A stretch of 64,000 nt of DNA from Terriglobales bacterium (GTDB lineage: Bacteria; Acidobacteriota; Terriglobia; Terriglobales; Acidobacteriaceae). The stretch lies in the NCBI GenBank assembly GCA_049592035.1, contig JBAWFQ010000127.1, positions 68 to 64,067 of the forward strand, given 5' to 3'. Position 1 is the stretch's first letter. Each line of letters starts with the position of its first letter. A program made the translations under genes and the position numbers. Positions 17,753-26,168 of the stretch are shown piece after piece. The notes beneath the pieces were generated by a model that saw only the letters and a program-made list of their open reading frames with translations, made no database searches and was not told where the DNA came from.

Positions 17753-19600
17753 ATGTCGCGTATAAAATCGATTTTCCTGGTTCTGTTGTTGACAGCGGTC
17801 GTGGGCATTGTGCCTCTGGCACAGGCTCAGACGGTTGAATTAACTCTTGCAGGCTCTTCCGGCGCGTGGCAGACACTGGGCGTCGGGGCCTATTTCTATT
17901 GTGAAACTGGCGGTGTTACGTGCTATCACTGGACGAGCGCTTCCAACGCTGTAAACCTTACTGATAACCGCGTGACACCGGCGAACAATGACGGTGGCAC
18001 TCTCTGGGTGGTTTGGAGCGTCGTCAACGGAAACGTCTCCAAGGTGTGGTCTGACAATAAGGTTGACACCATCGTGGGCGACCGCTGCTTCTTCGCCCAA
18101 CCCCAGTGTAGTGTAAATGCCCCGTTGGCTACTCTCCAAGCTAGCGGTGCGCAACAAATCGCTACTACCATCTGGGGCGCGGACACAAATCTGCCCTCAT
18201 CTGTCATTTCCCTCTTCACAACCGGGACCTCAGTCACTGCCGCTGCCTCGGACGTGCGTCCCGAAGATGCAGCCTTCGAGGGCTGCCGCGTGAATTCCGC
18301 GCTCGGCGCCGGATCCTACGGCGGGTCGGGCAGCGACGGTTATGACGGTCTCGGATACAACTCAAACAACCTGCCTGGCGTTTGTCCGGGTCCGGGCCTG
18401 ACAACGGCGAACTACGTGGGAACTCCCATCCTGAGCGCCTACCCCGGGAGCACGGCTAAGGCGAACGTTCTGGCCTTCAACATCGCGGGTAATGACCCCA
18501 TCAGCGGCACGAAGATTCCCTCCTACACGGTAACGCCTTTGGGGGCTGATCCGCTCGTTGCTATCTTCGAGCGCAACGGGGGACAGCTCGCTGGTCTCCA
18601 AAATGTATCCGTAGAACAACTGCAACAGGCGTTCTCGGGAAATAACTGCGATGCCAGTGAGTTCGACGGCGCAAATGGCTATCCTCTGCCTCCCGCCAGC
18701 ATTGGCATCTTCCTGCGTGAACCCCTCTCGGGGACGATGACCGCCACGGAACTCAGTCTGCTCCGTAAGCCCGTCGTCTATCCCGCCGCTGCTGGCTTCA
18801 GCGGAGTCCTGGGCATCAGCCAGGAAGCCAACGTGAACGCTCCGGTCAATAACCCGCTCAACGGGCAACCTGGAACTTGTTTGAATGGTCTGGGTGCGCG
18901 GTATCGCGGGGTCGGCGCCGGTGAAATCATCAGCTGGGTTCAGAACTCCGACAAAAACCTGGGCACCGATGGCATCGGCTACACGTTCTATAGCTATGGC
19001 AACGTCAGTAAACTAGCCAACAGCTCGAACTACGGTTACGTCACGTTGGACAATGTCGACCCCATCTGGACGAGCTACGGGCCGCAGAATTCAACCGGAG
19101 CCGGATACGATCCCGGTCAGCCTGCCGGGGCCGGTGTGTTGCCGGCTGCGGCGAACCTGCCGGCGTCTTGCGGCTCGGCATTCCCCTGCCCGGAGAAAGA
19201 CATTTGGGCTGGCGGCTTGTCTTTCCCGCACATCCGCGACGGCAGCTACAACTGGTGGTCAATCATCCGTGTGATCAGCTACGCAGCGGGGACGAAAGAT
19301 GCCCAGGCCCTAGTCAAGGGCGCGCAGATTGCCGTTGTTGACGATGTTCCGGACTACGTGCCGGCGGTGAAAACGGTCGGCAAGACACAGACCGATCCTG
19401 GTCTGCTGGTCTGGCGTTCGCACTACCAGGAGTTCGACGGATCGGGCACCAATCTAGGCGGAGCTCCTGTTAACTGCGGCAAAACCGAGGCGGGCGGCGA
19501 CGGGGGCGGCACGATCCTTCCGTTTATCAGCGCCAAGACTTGCCCGAAGACTCCCACACAGGAAGTTCAGGGCAATCAGGGTCCGCAGGTTAGACCGTAA
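17753..19600 (+). CDS. Large secreted PstS-family (PBP_like_2, type-2 periplasmic-binding fold) protein with insertions
   Basis: Signal peptide ...VPLAQAQ. Collinear PstS-like landmarks: LAGSSGAWQT, AASDVRPEDA, VAIFERNG, VSVEQLQQAFSG, IGIFLREPLSGTMTATE, GIGYTFYSYGN, YVTLDNVDP. 615 aa is about twice a normal PstS. No pstCAB nearby. Confidence 0.5.
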   Translation: MSRIKSIFLVLLLTAVVGIVPLAQAQTVELTLAGSSGAWQTLGVGAYFYCETGGVTCYHWTSASNAVNLTDNRVTPANNDGGTLWVVWSVVNGNVSKVWSDNKVDTIVGDRCFFAQPQCSVNAPLATLQASGAQQIATTIWGADTNLPSSVISLFTTGTSVTAAASDVRPEDAAFEGCRVNSALGAGSYGGSGSDGYDGLGYNSNNLPGVCPGPGLTTANYVGTPILSAYPGSTAKANVLAFNIAGNDPISGTKIPSYTVTPLGADPLVAIFERNGGQLAGLQNVSVEQLQQAFSGNNCDASEFDGANGYPLPPASIGIFLREPLSGTMTATELSLLRKPVVYPAAAGFSGVLGISQEANVNAPVNNPLNGQPGTCLNGLGARYRGVGAGEIISWVQNSDKNLGTDGIGYTFYSYGNVSKLANSSNYGYVTLDNVDPIWTSYGPQNSTGAGYDPGQPAGAGVLPAAANLPASCGSAFPCPEKDIWAGGLSFPHIRDGSYNWWSIIRVISYAAGTKDAQALVKGAQIAVVDDVPDYVPAVKTVGKTQTDPGLLVWRSHYQEFDGSGTNLGGAPVNCGKTEAGGDGGGTILPFISAKTCPKTPTQEVQGNQGPQVRP

Positions 19601-19632
19601 CCGGACTTGGATCGGTTTCACTGAACACGATC

Positions 19633-19666
19633 AGGAAGGGCGGGCCGGTAACGGTCCGCCCTTCCT
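19633..19666 (+). terminator. Hairpin terminator candidate after the PstS-like gene
   Basis: aggaagggcgggcc-ggtaac-ggtccgcccttcct (14-bp stem, one mismatch), 33 nt after the stop. The tail aattatt is only weakly U-rich. Confidence 0.55.
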
Positions 19667-19846
19667 AATTATTGCGCTGCGCTCGGATGCGGACTTCCAA
19701 ACTTATTGCGGCGCTGTTCTACTGGCGTGGGCTCCCGTTAAACTCACAGAATATTAATGTTGAGGCGGTATTATTTTTAGGCGGCGTTGCTTTCATCTTC
19801 GTCGTTGCCTTCGCGTGACGAACAATCCAAATCTGGGAAGGTTGCG

Positions 19847-20920
19847 ATGTTTAATTTTCTGTCTTGTAAATGGATAACAGCGTTTACTCTGGGAAGCATC
19901 CTGCTACTTTTTGTACGGAGCGGAGCTGCACAACTTTTGTCGGCATCCCCGCCGTCGCCTCAGCCGACCGACACTCGTTTTCAGGGCGTGCAGGAGGATT
20001 GGACTTCGCCGGCGTTGACTGGCAGCCATCTCATGCCGGTTCGACCACTGGAGTTTATCAACGATTACCCGGGCTACACTTCGGAACTGCTCCAGGTGCA
20101 GTGGCGATCGGGCGATCCTATCGACCTTCATGTGATGAAACCCAAGGGAGTCAAGAAGCCCCCGGTCATTCTTTATCTTTACGGGTATCCAACCAGCACC
20201 GATGTTTTCAAGAACGAAGCTTTTGAAGAGCTTGTGACCAGAAACGGTTGCGCTGCAGTGGGCTTCGTGTCCGCGCTCACTGGACACCGCTACCACGACC
20301 GTCCACTGAAGCAGTGGTTCCTCAGCGAACTGCAAGAGAGTCTGGCGACCTCGGCGCACGACGTGCAGATGGTGTTGAATTATCTGGCGACGCGCGACGA
20401 TCTCGACATGAATCGCGTGGGGATTTTCGCGCAGGGATCGGGAGCCAGCATCGCCATCCTGGCGTCGGCGGTGGATCCGCGAATTAAGGTGTTCGAAGCG
20501 ATCGATCCCTGGGGCGATTGGCCGACCTGGTTCGCAACCTCTCCGTTTGTGCCGGAGAACGAACGGACGGATTACGTGAAACCGGAGTTCTTGAAGAAAG
20601 TAGCTACTCTTGAGCCATTGCAGTGGCTGCCGAAAATTCAGGCGAAGAAATTTCGCCTTGATCAGGAGCTGTTCGATACCGTGACACCCAAGGCCGTCCA
20701 GGAAAAGCTGCGGGCGGCAGCGCCAGCCGGCACCAGCGTGATGCTCTACAAGGATCTGCAAGAGTTCAAGGCAGCTTTTGCGGAGGGCAAGAACCTGCCC
20801 TGGCTTCAGCACGAGCTGCAGTCTCTTTCGGAACCGGAAGCCTCCGCCAGCAAAGCCCTGTCAGATCCCGGACGCACTGATACCTCGATCAATAACTCTA
20901 TCCAACTGGCGAAAAAATGA
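19847..20920 (+). CDS. Secreted alpha/beta hydrolase (dienelactone-hydrolase/acetyl-esterase-like)
   Basis: Signal peptide MFNFLSCKWITAFTLGSILLLFVRSGAAQ (ATG 19847 preceded by gggaagg; the ORF track starts at 19787). PPVILYLYGYP and RVGIFAQGSGASIAILA (nucleophile-elbow-like). Confidence 0.6.
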   Translation: MFNFLSCKWITAFTLGSILLLFVRSGAAQLLSASPPSPQPTDTRFQGVQEDWTSPALTGSHLMPVRPLEFINDYPGYTSELLQVQWRSGDPIDLHVMKPKGVKKPPVILYLYGYPTSTDVFKNEAFEELVTRNGCAAVGFVSALTGHRYHDRPLKQWFLSELQESLATSAHDVQMVLNYLATRDDLDMNRVGIFAQGSGASIAILASAVDPRIKVFEAIDPWGDWPTWFATSPFVPENERTDYVKPEFLKKVATLEPLQWLPKIQAKKFRLDQELFDTVTPKAVQEKLRAAAPAGTSVMLYKDLQEFKAAFAEGKNLPWLQHELQSLSEPEASASKALSDPGRTDTSINNSIQLAKK

Positions 20921-21091
20921 TTCTGCTCGGAACCGGGAAGCCAAAAATGAGGATGGGAAATCTGATTTTTTCCACAGGCAGAATAGGAAATCTTTTTATC
21001 TCGTCTTAATCACACGATAACAAATCCCAGCTAAAGTCGTCACAGCCTAGGGTTCTCTTAATTCCAAGTTCTGAGGTCCGGAGGAATTGAC

Positions 21092-21748
21092 ATGCGGCAA
21101 GTGGCAGCTTTGGCGTTACTGGCACTGGTGTTACCGATTGCGGCTTGGGCGGACGGAATTAACGTCACAAACCAAGGTGGCACAGTTGCGTTTTCGGATA
21201 TGGCGGGAACCGGAGGGCTGGGGACGATCGGCTCAACCACCATTTCTTCGAAGGGATCGCAACTGACTAGCTGGAACAATAATTCAGGGCACCTCGGCCT
21301 TGTCAATTACTCGACCGGCGCTCTGATGAGCGGCTCGGTCTCGGGTGGCGGAACGTTCGCGGCAGGCGGAATGTTTGACATCATCGGCGTCGGCAAATGG
21401 GCAAGCAGTTTAACCGGTTTGAAATGCGGCAAAGGCTGCGATCTCTTCACCGGCAGTTTCAACAAGCCCGCTATCTGGACTTTGGTTAGTTCGTCTAAGC
21501 AATCAGAATCCTTTACCCTAACCGGGTCAATCGAAGGCACGCTGTATACCGGTCGTACGGTGTATGGAACAACGACGCAGGACATCACCATCGACAATAA
21601 GGGACAGCTCGACAAGGGTATCGGCCACATCGGAACCGGCGGCACGCACCTCAACACTGCGGAGCCTGGAACTCTCGGTCTTCTGGGAACGGGGCTTGTG
21701 GCTGTCGGGGGGATGTTCTATCGCAAGATTTATAGAAAGATCGACTAG
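21092..21748 (+). CDS. PEP-CTERM-anchored secreted protein
   Basis: Signal peptide MRQVAALALLALVLPIAAWA. C-terminal sorting signal AEPGTLGLLGTGLVAVGGMFYRKIYRK (EP + TM + basic tail). GGAGG lies 8 nt upstream of the ATG. Confidence 0.75.
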   Translation: MRQVAALALLALVLPIAAWADGINVTNQGGTVAFSDMAGTGGLGTIGSTTISSKGSQLTSWNNNSGHLGLVNYSTGALMSGSVSGGGTFAAGGMFDIIGVGKWASSLTGLKCGKGCDLFTGSFNKPAIWTLVSSSKQSESFTLTGSIEGTLYTGRTVYGTTTQDITIDNKGQLDKGIGHIGTGGTHLNTAEPGTLGLLGTGLVAVGGMFYRKIYRKID

Positions 21749-21783
21749 ATTTTTTTGGTTCACCTAGAACACTCAACTCATGT

Positions 21784-21808
21784 CCCCGCCACAAGGCGGG
21801 GTTTTTTC
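21784..21808 (+). terminator. Rho-independent terminator
   Basis: ccccgcc-acaa-ggcgggg followed by tttttt, 36 nt after the PEP-CTERM gene stop. Confidence 0.8.
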
Positions 21809-21948
21809 TTGGCTGTTTCTCTTCATAGCGCCAAAGAAATCTCGTTTGTTAAGGGCTTGTTAATCGATGACCTGTCCCGTTTCCACACGGCAGAAGTCGG
21901 CTAAAATCAGCGTTTATCCAACTTCGAAGCTGGAAACTCCAATTCAAG

Positions 21949-23379
21949 ATGGGGGACGGAATGATTTCACGCACGTTCATGTTCACGTTGACAATGGCGG
22001 CGATGGCGCTCTGCTTTTCGGCGTGTGGTAGCAAGAGCAGCGCACCTGTGCCCAACAACGCCAGACAGTGGATGTGGGCGACCGGCGCGGATGTCATCAA
22101 TCAACTGGGCACGTACGGGACGCAAGGGACCGCCGCTTCCAACAACATTCCCGGGGCGCGACAGAATGCCATCACTTGGGTAGATAAGGCCGGAAATCTC
22201 TGGCTGTTCGGCGGCTATGGTTACGCCTCGACCGGAAATTCCAATCTCATGAACGACTTGTGGGAATACAGCGGGGGCCAATGGACGTGGATGAGCGGAT
22301 TAGAGGTTGGTGGGCAACCGGGGATCTATGGAACACTCGGACAAGCCGCCCTTACCAACATGCCCGGGGCGCGATGGGGATCTGTGAGTTGGGCGGATGC
22401 GTCGGGAAATCTCTGGCTATTTGGCGGCTATGGGTATGGTGCATCGCCCGCCGGGGTAGGCACTCTTAATGACCTCTGGGAATTCACGCCGGCTCAGCAA
22501 GTCGATGGTCAGCCGTTCAACCCGGGCCTGTGGACGTGGATGGGCGGATCGAACTCAACCGGCCAGCCAGGAACCTACGGAACGCAGGGGTCACCTGCTC
22601 CAAGCAACATTCCGGGGGCACGATATGGCGCGGTTAGCTGGATAGACTCAGCGGGAAATTTCTGGCTCTTTGGTGGAAACGGTGTCGCCTTGATTGGGAA
22701 CTCGGGAAATCTCAATGATCTCTGGCGATACAGCGCTGGCGAATGGACATGGATGAGTGGAACGGACTTGTCTAATCAAAAGGGAACCTACGGCACTCTC
22801 GGAGAATCTAGCGCGGCCAATATTCCCGGAGGGCGATTCGGCGCGATTAGTTGGATCGATGGGCCGGGAAATTTCTGGCTCTTCAGTGGGTCGGGTTACG
22901 ACTCCACCGACGCGAAGGGAAATCTCAACGACCTGTGGGAGTACAGCGCAGGGCAATGGACGTGGATGAGCGGGTCGAATGTGAACGGCGAATCGGGGAC
23001 ATACGGCACCGAGGGGACAGCGGCTGCCAGCAATGTTCCCGGGGCGCGGAACGGAGCTGTTAGTTGGACCGACAAGTCCGGAAACTTCTGGCTCTTCGGC
23101 GGAGCAGGGCTGGACTCTGCCGGAAACAGCGGCTGGCTCAACGACCTATGGGAGTACAGCGCAGGCCAATGGACGTGGGTCGGTGGGTCGAACGTAAACG
23201 GCCAATTGGGGTTCTACGGAACCGAGGGGATGCCCTCCCTAGGGAACGTTCCGGGGTCGCGAACGCTAGGGGGCAGTTGGACGGATGCGTACGGCAATTT
23301 CTGGCTCTTCGGTGGCACTGGCTACGACTCACTCGGGTCTAATGGATACCTCAACGACTTGTGGCTGTTCACTCCGTAA
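21949..23379 (+). CDS. Kelch-repeat beta-propeller lipoprotein (about 8 blades)
   Basis: Lipobox ALCFSAC|GS. About eight ~55-aa repeats of GTYGT.G....NIPGAR.GA.SW.D..GN.WLFGG.G......LNDLWEY..G.WTWM.G. Alternative start at ATG 21961. Confidence 0.8.
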   Translation: MGDGMISRTFMFTLTMAAMALCFSACGSKSSAPVPNNARQWMWATGADVINQLGTYGTQGTAASNNIPGARQNAITWVDKAGNLWLFGGYGYASTGNSNLMNDLWEYSGGQWTWMSGLEVGGQPGIYGTLGQAALTNMPGARWGSVSWADASGNLWLFGGYGYGASPAGVGTLNDLWEFTPAQQVDGQPFNPGLWTWMGGSNSTGQPGTYGTQGSPAPSNIPGARYGAVSWIDSAGNFWLFGGNGVALIGNSGNLNDLWRYSAGEWTWMSGTDLSNQKGTYGTLGESSAANIPGGRFGAISWIDGPGNFWLFSGSGYDSTDAKGNLNDLWEYSAGQWTWMSGSNVNGESGTYGTEGTAAASNVPGARNGAVSWTDKSGNFWLFGGAGLDSAGNSGWLNDLWEYSAGQWTWVGGSNVNGQLGFYGTEGMPSLGNVPGSRTLGGSWTDAYGNFWLFGGTGYDSLGSNGYLNDLWLFTP

Positions 23380-24020
23380 GAAACGGTCCGGGGAAACTCG
23401 AGTCATTATCGCCTTATCGGAACACATGAACGCAATCTGCATCTCCGGCGCTGGTCGGATTGATTAGCCGGGATAGTACGATCGTATGAAACTCCGTCAT
23501 CCCTTCGGGGCTCGCCACTGTGAGGCGTGTGTATGCGCTTACATGCATGAACTTTACACACAATTCACATTACGGTAACACTCTTGTAATATCTCGCGCC
23601 TAATGTGACCGATGCTTCCCGCCACGCGTCAGGCCTGTGGGGCCCTGCGAACTCGCCGCAACCTCGATCAGCATCCGATGAACGCTGAAGTGCGGACCGT
23701 CTGAACTTTTGCTTTGAACTTTGGTCTGAGTTTTGAAGGTTGCTGGACGTCTGGTCAGGGGCGGGATTTGGACTAGGGCAATCGAAATCTTTTCCGCATA
23801 GATATCTCACTGCACACGCGCATCAAGCGCTCGCTTTCTGACACGAACGACGCCACGGATGTAACGAGATGAGTAGACGGCCGACCCGCGGCAAATTAAC
23901 CCTCCTTTAACACTGGCGCAACATTGCTGCAACAGAGTCTCTCTATGGTGGACAGGGCGCTGACCAAGCAAATCTTTTTCTGAGCGCAGCTTTCGAGAGC
24001 GTGAGGCTCTCTTTCTGGCG

Positions 24021-24746
24021 ATGGAAATTTTGGAGGCGGCACACAAATCGCGTCACCCCGATCTCATCTACGTCGTGGAAGACGATCCCGACGTGTCGCA
24101 ACTGATCGAGCACAACCTGCGAACCGCAGGCTATGAGGTCTCTACTTTTTTTTCCGGAGCGCCCGTGGTTCCCATGGCCGCCCGGGTGCAACCGGCGCTG
24201 TTTCTTCTCGATATTATGTTGCCCGGTATCAGTGGGTTCGATCTCTGCCGCCAGATTCGCCAGCACGAACAACTGTCCAAAACGCCCATCATTTTTCTCT
24301 CCGCCAGAACGCAGGAACCCGACCGGCTGCAGGCCTTCGACGTCGGCGGAGACGGATACATCACCAAACCATTCAGTCCCCGCGAACTAATTGCGCGCAT
24401 TCGCAACGTTCTTCGCGTTCTTCCCGAAGCCCCCAGCGCCGAGACGATTCAGGTGGGAGATCTGGAGATTGATGTGGCGTCGATGAGCGTTCGCGTCGGC
24501 GGCAAGAATGTGCTCACCACGGTGCGCGAATTCCGGCTGCTGGAATACCTGGCGCGCCATCGGGGTCGCGTTTTTACCCGCGACCAATTGCTTGACGCGG
24601 TCTGGAAAGAAGGGTCGTTTGTAACCCCGCGGTCGATTGACGTGTTTGTGCGGCGTCTGCGGGAGAAAATCGAATCCGATCCACGGCATCCGCGCTATTT
24701 GAAGACGCTGCGAGGAATCGGCTACCGTTTCGAAGGCGGTCGCTGA
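24021..24746 (+). CDS. OmpR/PhoB-family response regulator (orphan; no kinase in the window)
   Basis: Receiver IYVVEDDPDV...LLDIMLPGISGFDLCRQIR...YITKPFSPRELIARI plus a winged helix TVREFRLLEYLARHRGRVFTRDQLLDAVW...LKTLRGIGYRF. Confidence 0.85.
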   Translation: MEILEAAHKSRHPDLIYVVEDDPDVSQLIEHNLRTAGYEVSTFFSGAPVVPMAARVQPALFLLDIMLPGISGFDLCRQIRQHEQLSKTPIIFLSARTQEPDRLQAFDVGGDGYITKPFSPRELIARIRNVLRVLPEAPSAETIQVGDLEIDVASMSVRVGGKNVLTTVREFRLLEYLARHRGRVFTRDQLLDAVWKEGSFVTPRSIDVFVRRLREKIESDPRHPRYLKTLRGIGYRFEGGR

Positions 24747-24815
24747 GCGGGTGGCGCTCACCTCAGCCGCAAAACACACTGACCTCAGCGGCCAAACAGA
24801 CTCTAAAAAACTCGC

Positions 24816-24885
24816 GTTTCGTATCAGGGCATCGCTTTAGCGATGCCACAAGTCCTTCAATTCAGATGCCCCTTTAGGGGCCGAA
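24816..24885. repeat. REP-like double-hairpin element, family C (copy 1)
   Basis: tttcgtatcagggcatcgc-ttta-gcgatgcc ... gcccc-ttta-ggggc. Same architecture and about the same length at 37456-37525. Confidence 0.65.
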
Positions 24886-24892
24886 CTGCGAT

Positions 24893-25294
24893 CTAGCGGG
24901 TTAATCCTCCCGGCGCCCGCACCGTGATGATCTCGGCAATCGTCAGGAACAGGGCGTAGCTGGCAAAGAGAAAGGCCCCGTATTTCCCCGCCGTCTCCGG
25001 ATGCATTCGCGGCATCAGACTCGCGAAGCGCGAAAGCAGCACAGCTTCTCCGAACATGCCCGGAAGCGCAATCAGGAGCGCGGCTGACGACCACTCTGCC
25101 GCCGGCACATGGCGCCATCTCAGCAGGAGGATGCAGATGGCCGCCGACAGGATGGGGGTGAGCACGAAGTTGATCCAATAGCGTTGACTGGTGCTTTCAA
25201 AGACGTGAGGGCCGCGCAGTTCATACCAGATCGTTCCGATGATTCAGAAGGCGGCGCCGAACAGGGCGAAGAGCAATTTGTCAGGCATTCTCAT
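24893..25294 (-). pseudogene. Small 4-TM membrane protein gene interrupted by an in-frame TGA at codon 17
   Basis: AGGAG-N6-ATG at 25294. MRMPDKLLFALFGAAF-TGA(25244-25246)-IIGTIWYELRGPHVFESTSQRYWINFVLTPILSAAICILLL... continues in frame into the 24893-25165 ORF. Divergent from the TetR gene. Confidence 0.55.
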
Positions 25295-25318
25295 GGTGTG
25301 CTCCTACGCGGTGAGGTG

Positions 25319-25336
25319 ATGTACCACATGGTACAT
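25319..25336. promoter_or_regulatory. Palindromic operator O1 (ATGTACC-N4-GGTACAT)
   Basis: atgtaccacatggtacat has 7-bp perfect inverted arms and lies 25-42 nt upstream of the membrane-gene ATG. Confidence 0.6.
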
Positions 25337-25343
25337 CGCTACT

Positions 25344-25359
25344 TGTACCATATGGTACA
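25344..25359. promoter_or_regulatory. Palindromic operator O2 (perfect 16-bp palindrome TGTACCATATGGTACA)
   Basis: Perfectly self-complementary. It shares TGTACC/GGTACA arms with O1, centres are 24 bp apart, and it lies 13-28 nt upstream of the TetR ATG. Confidence 0.65.
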
Positions 25360-25371
25360 GTTCAAGGCAAG

Positions 25372-25923
25372 ATGGCCCGCAAGAAAAAGCAGCGCCTCGA
25401 CCCGGAACAATTGTTGCAAGGGTGCCTGGCGGCTTTCATCCGCGCCGGAACGCTTGACCTTAGTCTGGACAACCTGGCGAAGGCCGTTGGAAGCAGCAAG
25501 CGGATGCTGATCCACTATTTCGGCGGGCGCGATGCCATCGAGGAGATGGCGATGGCACTTCTGGAAGAACGGCTGCGGGCTAGGCTCCGAGCGAGCGCTT
25601 TTCCGGCGGGCGCGTCCCTGCAGTCTGTGGTTGCGGCGTTGTGGGAACAGACGACCAGCGCGGAGTCTCGGGGGGTTGTGCGTTTGGCGATGGACCTGAC
25701 GCGCCGAAGCTGGAGCGGGTCAAAGCGGGCCCGGAGATTCTTTGAGGAACAACAGCGCTTGTGGGCCGATATGCTGCGGGAATTCCTGCTGGATGCGGAG
25801 GCGGTCGAGGTCCTGCTGCAACTGTATCAGGGCGCCATGCTCGTCTATCTGGTTACGGGAGACCGGGAACGCGGGCGGCGCGCGCTCGATCGGATGGTCT
25901 CGGGGGAAAGCGATGATCGCTAG
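25372..25923 (+). CDS. TetR/AcrR family transcriptional regulator
   Basis: N-terminal HTH LLQGCLAAFIRAGTLDLSLDNLAKAVGSSKRMLIHYFGGRDAI and an all-helical C-terminal domain. Confidence 0.8.
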   Translation: MARKKKQRLDPEQLLQGCLAAFIRAGTLDLSLDNLAKAVGSSKRMLIHYFGGRDAIEEMAMALLEERLRARLRASAFPAGASLQSVVAALWEQTTSAESRGVVRLAMDLTRRSWSGSKRARRFFEEQQRLWADMLREFLLDAEAVEVLLQLYQGAMLVYLVTGDRERGRRALDRMVSGESDDR

Positions 25924-25947
25924 ATCCCCAGATCGCTGAAATTTATT

Positions 25948-26024
25948 TGGTCGGGGCGCGCGGATTTGAACCGCGGACCCCCTGCGCCCAAGGCAGGTGC
26001 GCTACCAGGCTGCGCTACGCCCCG
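25948..26024 (-). tRNA. tRNA-Pro (anticodon UGG), CCA encoded
   Basis: Hand-folded cloverleaf: cggggcg-ta-gcgc-agcctggta-gcgc-a-cctgc-cuUGGgc-gcagg-gggtc-cgcgg-ttcaaat-ccgcg-cgccccg-a-cca. Confidence 0.9.
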
Positions 26025-26168
26025 ACATGATTTACAGAATTGATTCTAAAGCACGCTCTGACTTTATTACCACTCCAACGCTCGCCTTCTAGCATCGACC
26101 GGTGCACAAACCGTGCCGCAGTTCTGAGAATGTCACAGAGGAGTGGGATCTGGCCAAGCGGGACAACG

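Noticed and set aside
21949-23379. Strong ~165-nt periodicity at DNA level, considered as a tandem repeat or CRISPR-like array
   Set aside because: The periodicity is in frame and corresponds to Kelch blades of one continuous ORF. Repeats are diverged at third positions and there is no spacer/repeat structure.
25244-25246. In-frame TGA considered as a selenocysteine codon
   Set aside because: It lies in the hydrophobic core of a predicted TM helix, I could find no SECIS-like hairpin immediately downstream, and there is no redox motif. A nonsense mutation, an error or an original Trp is more likely.
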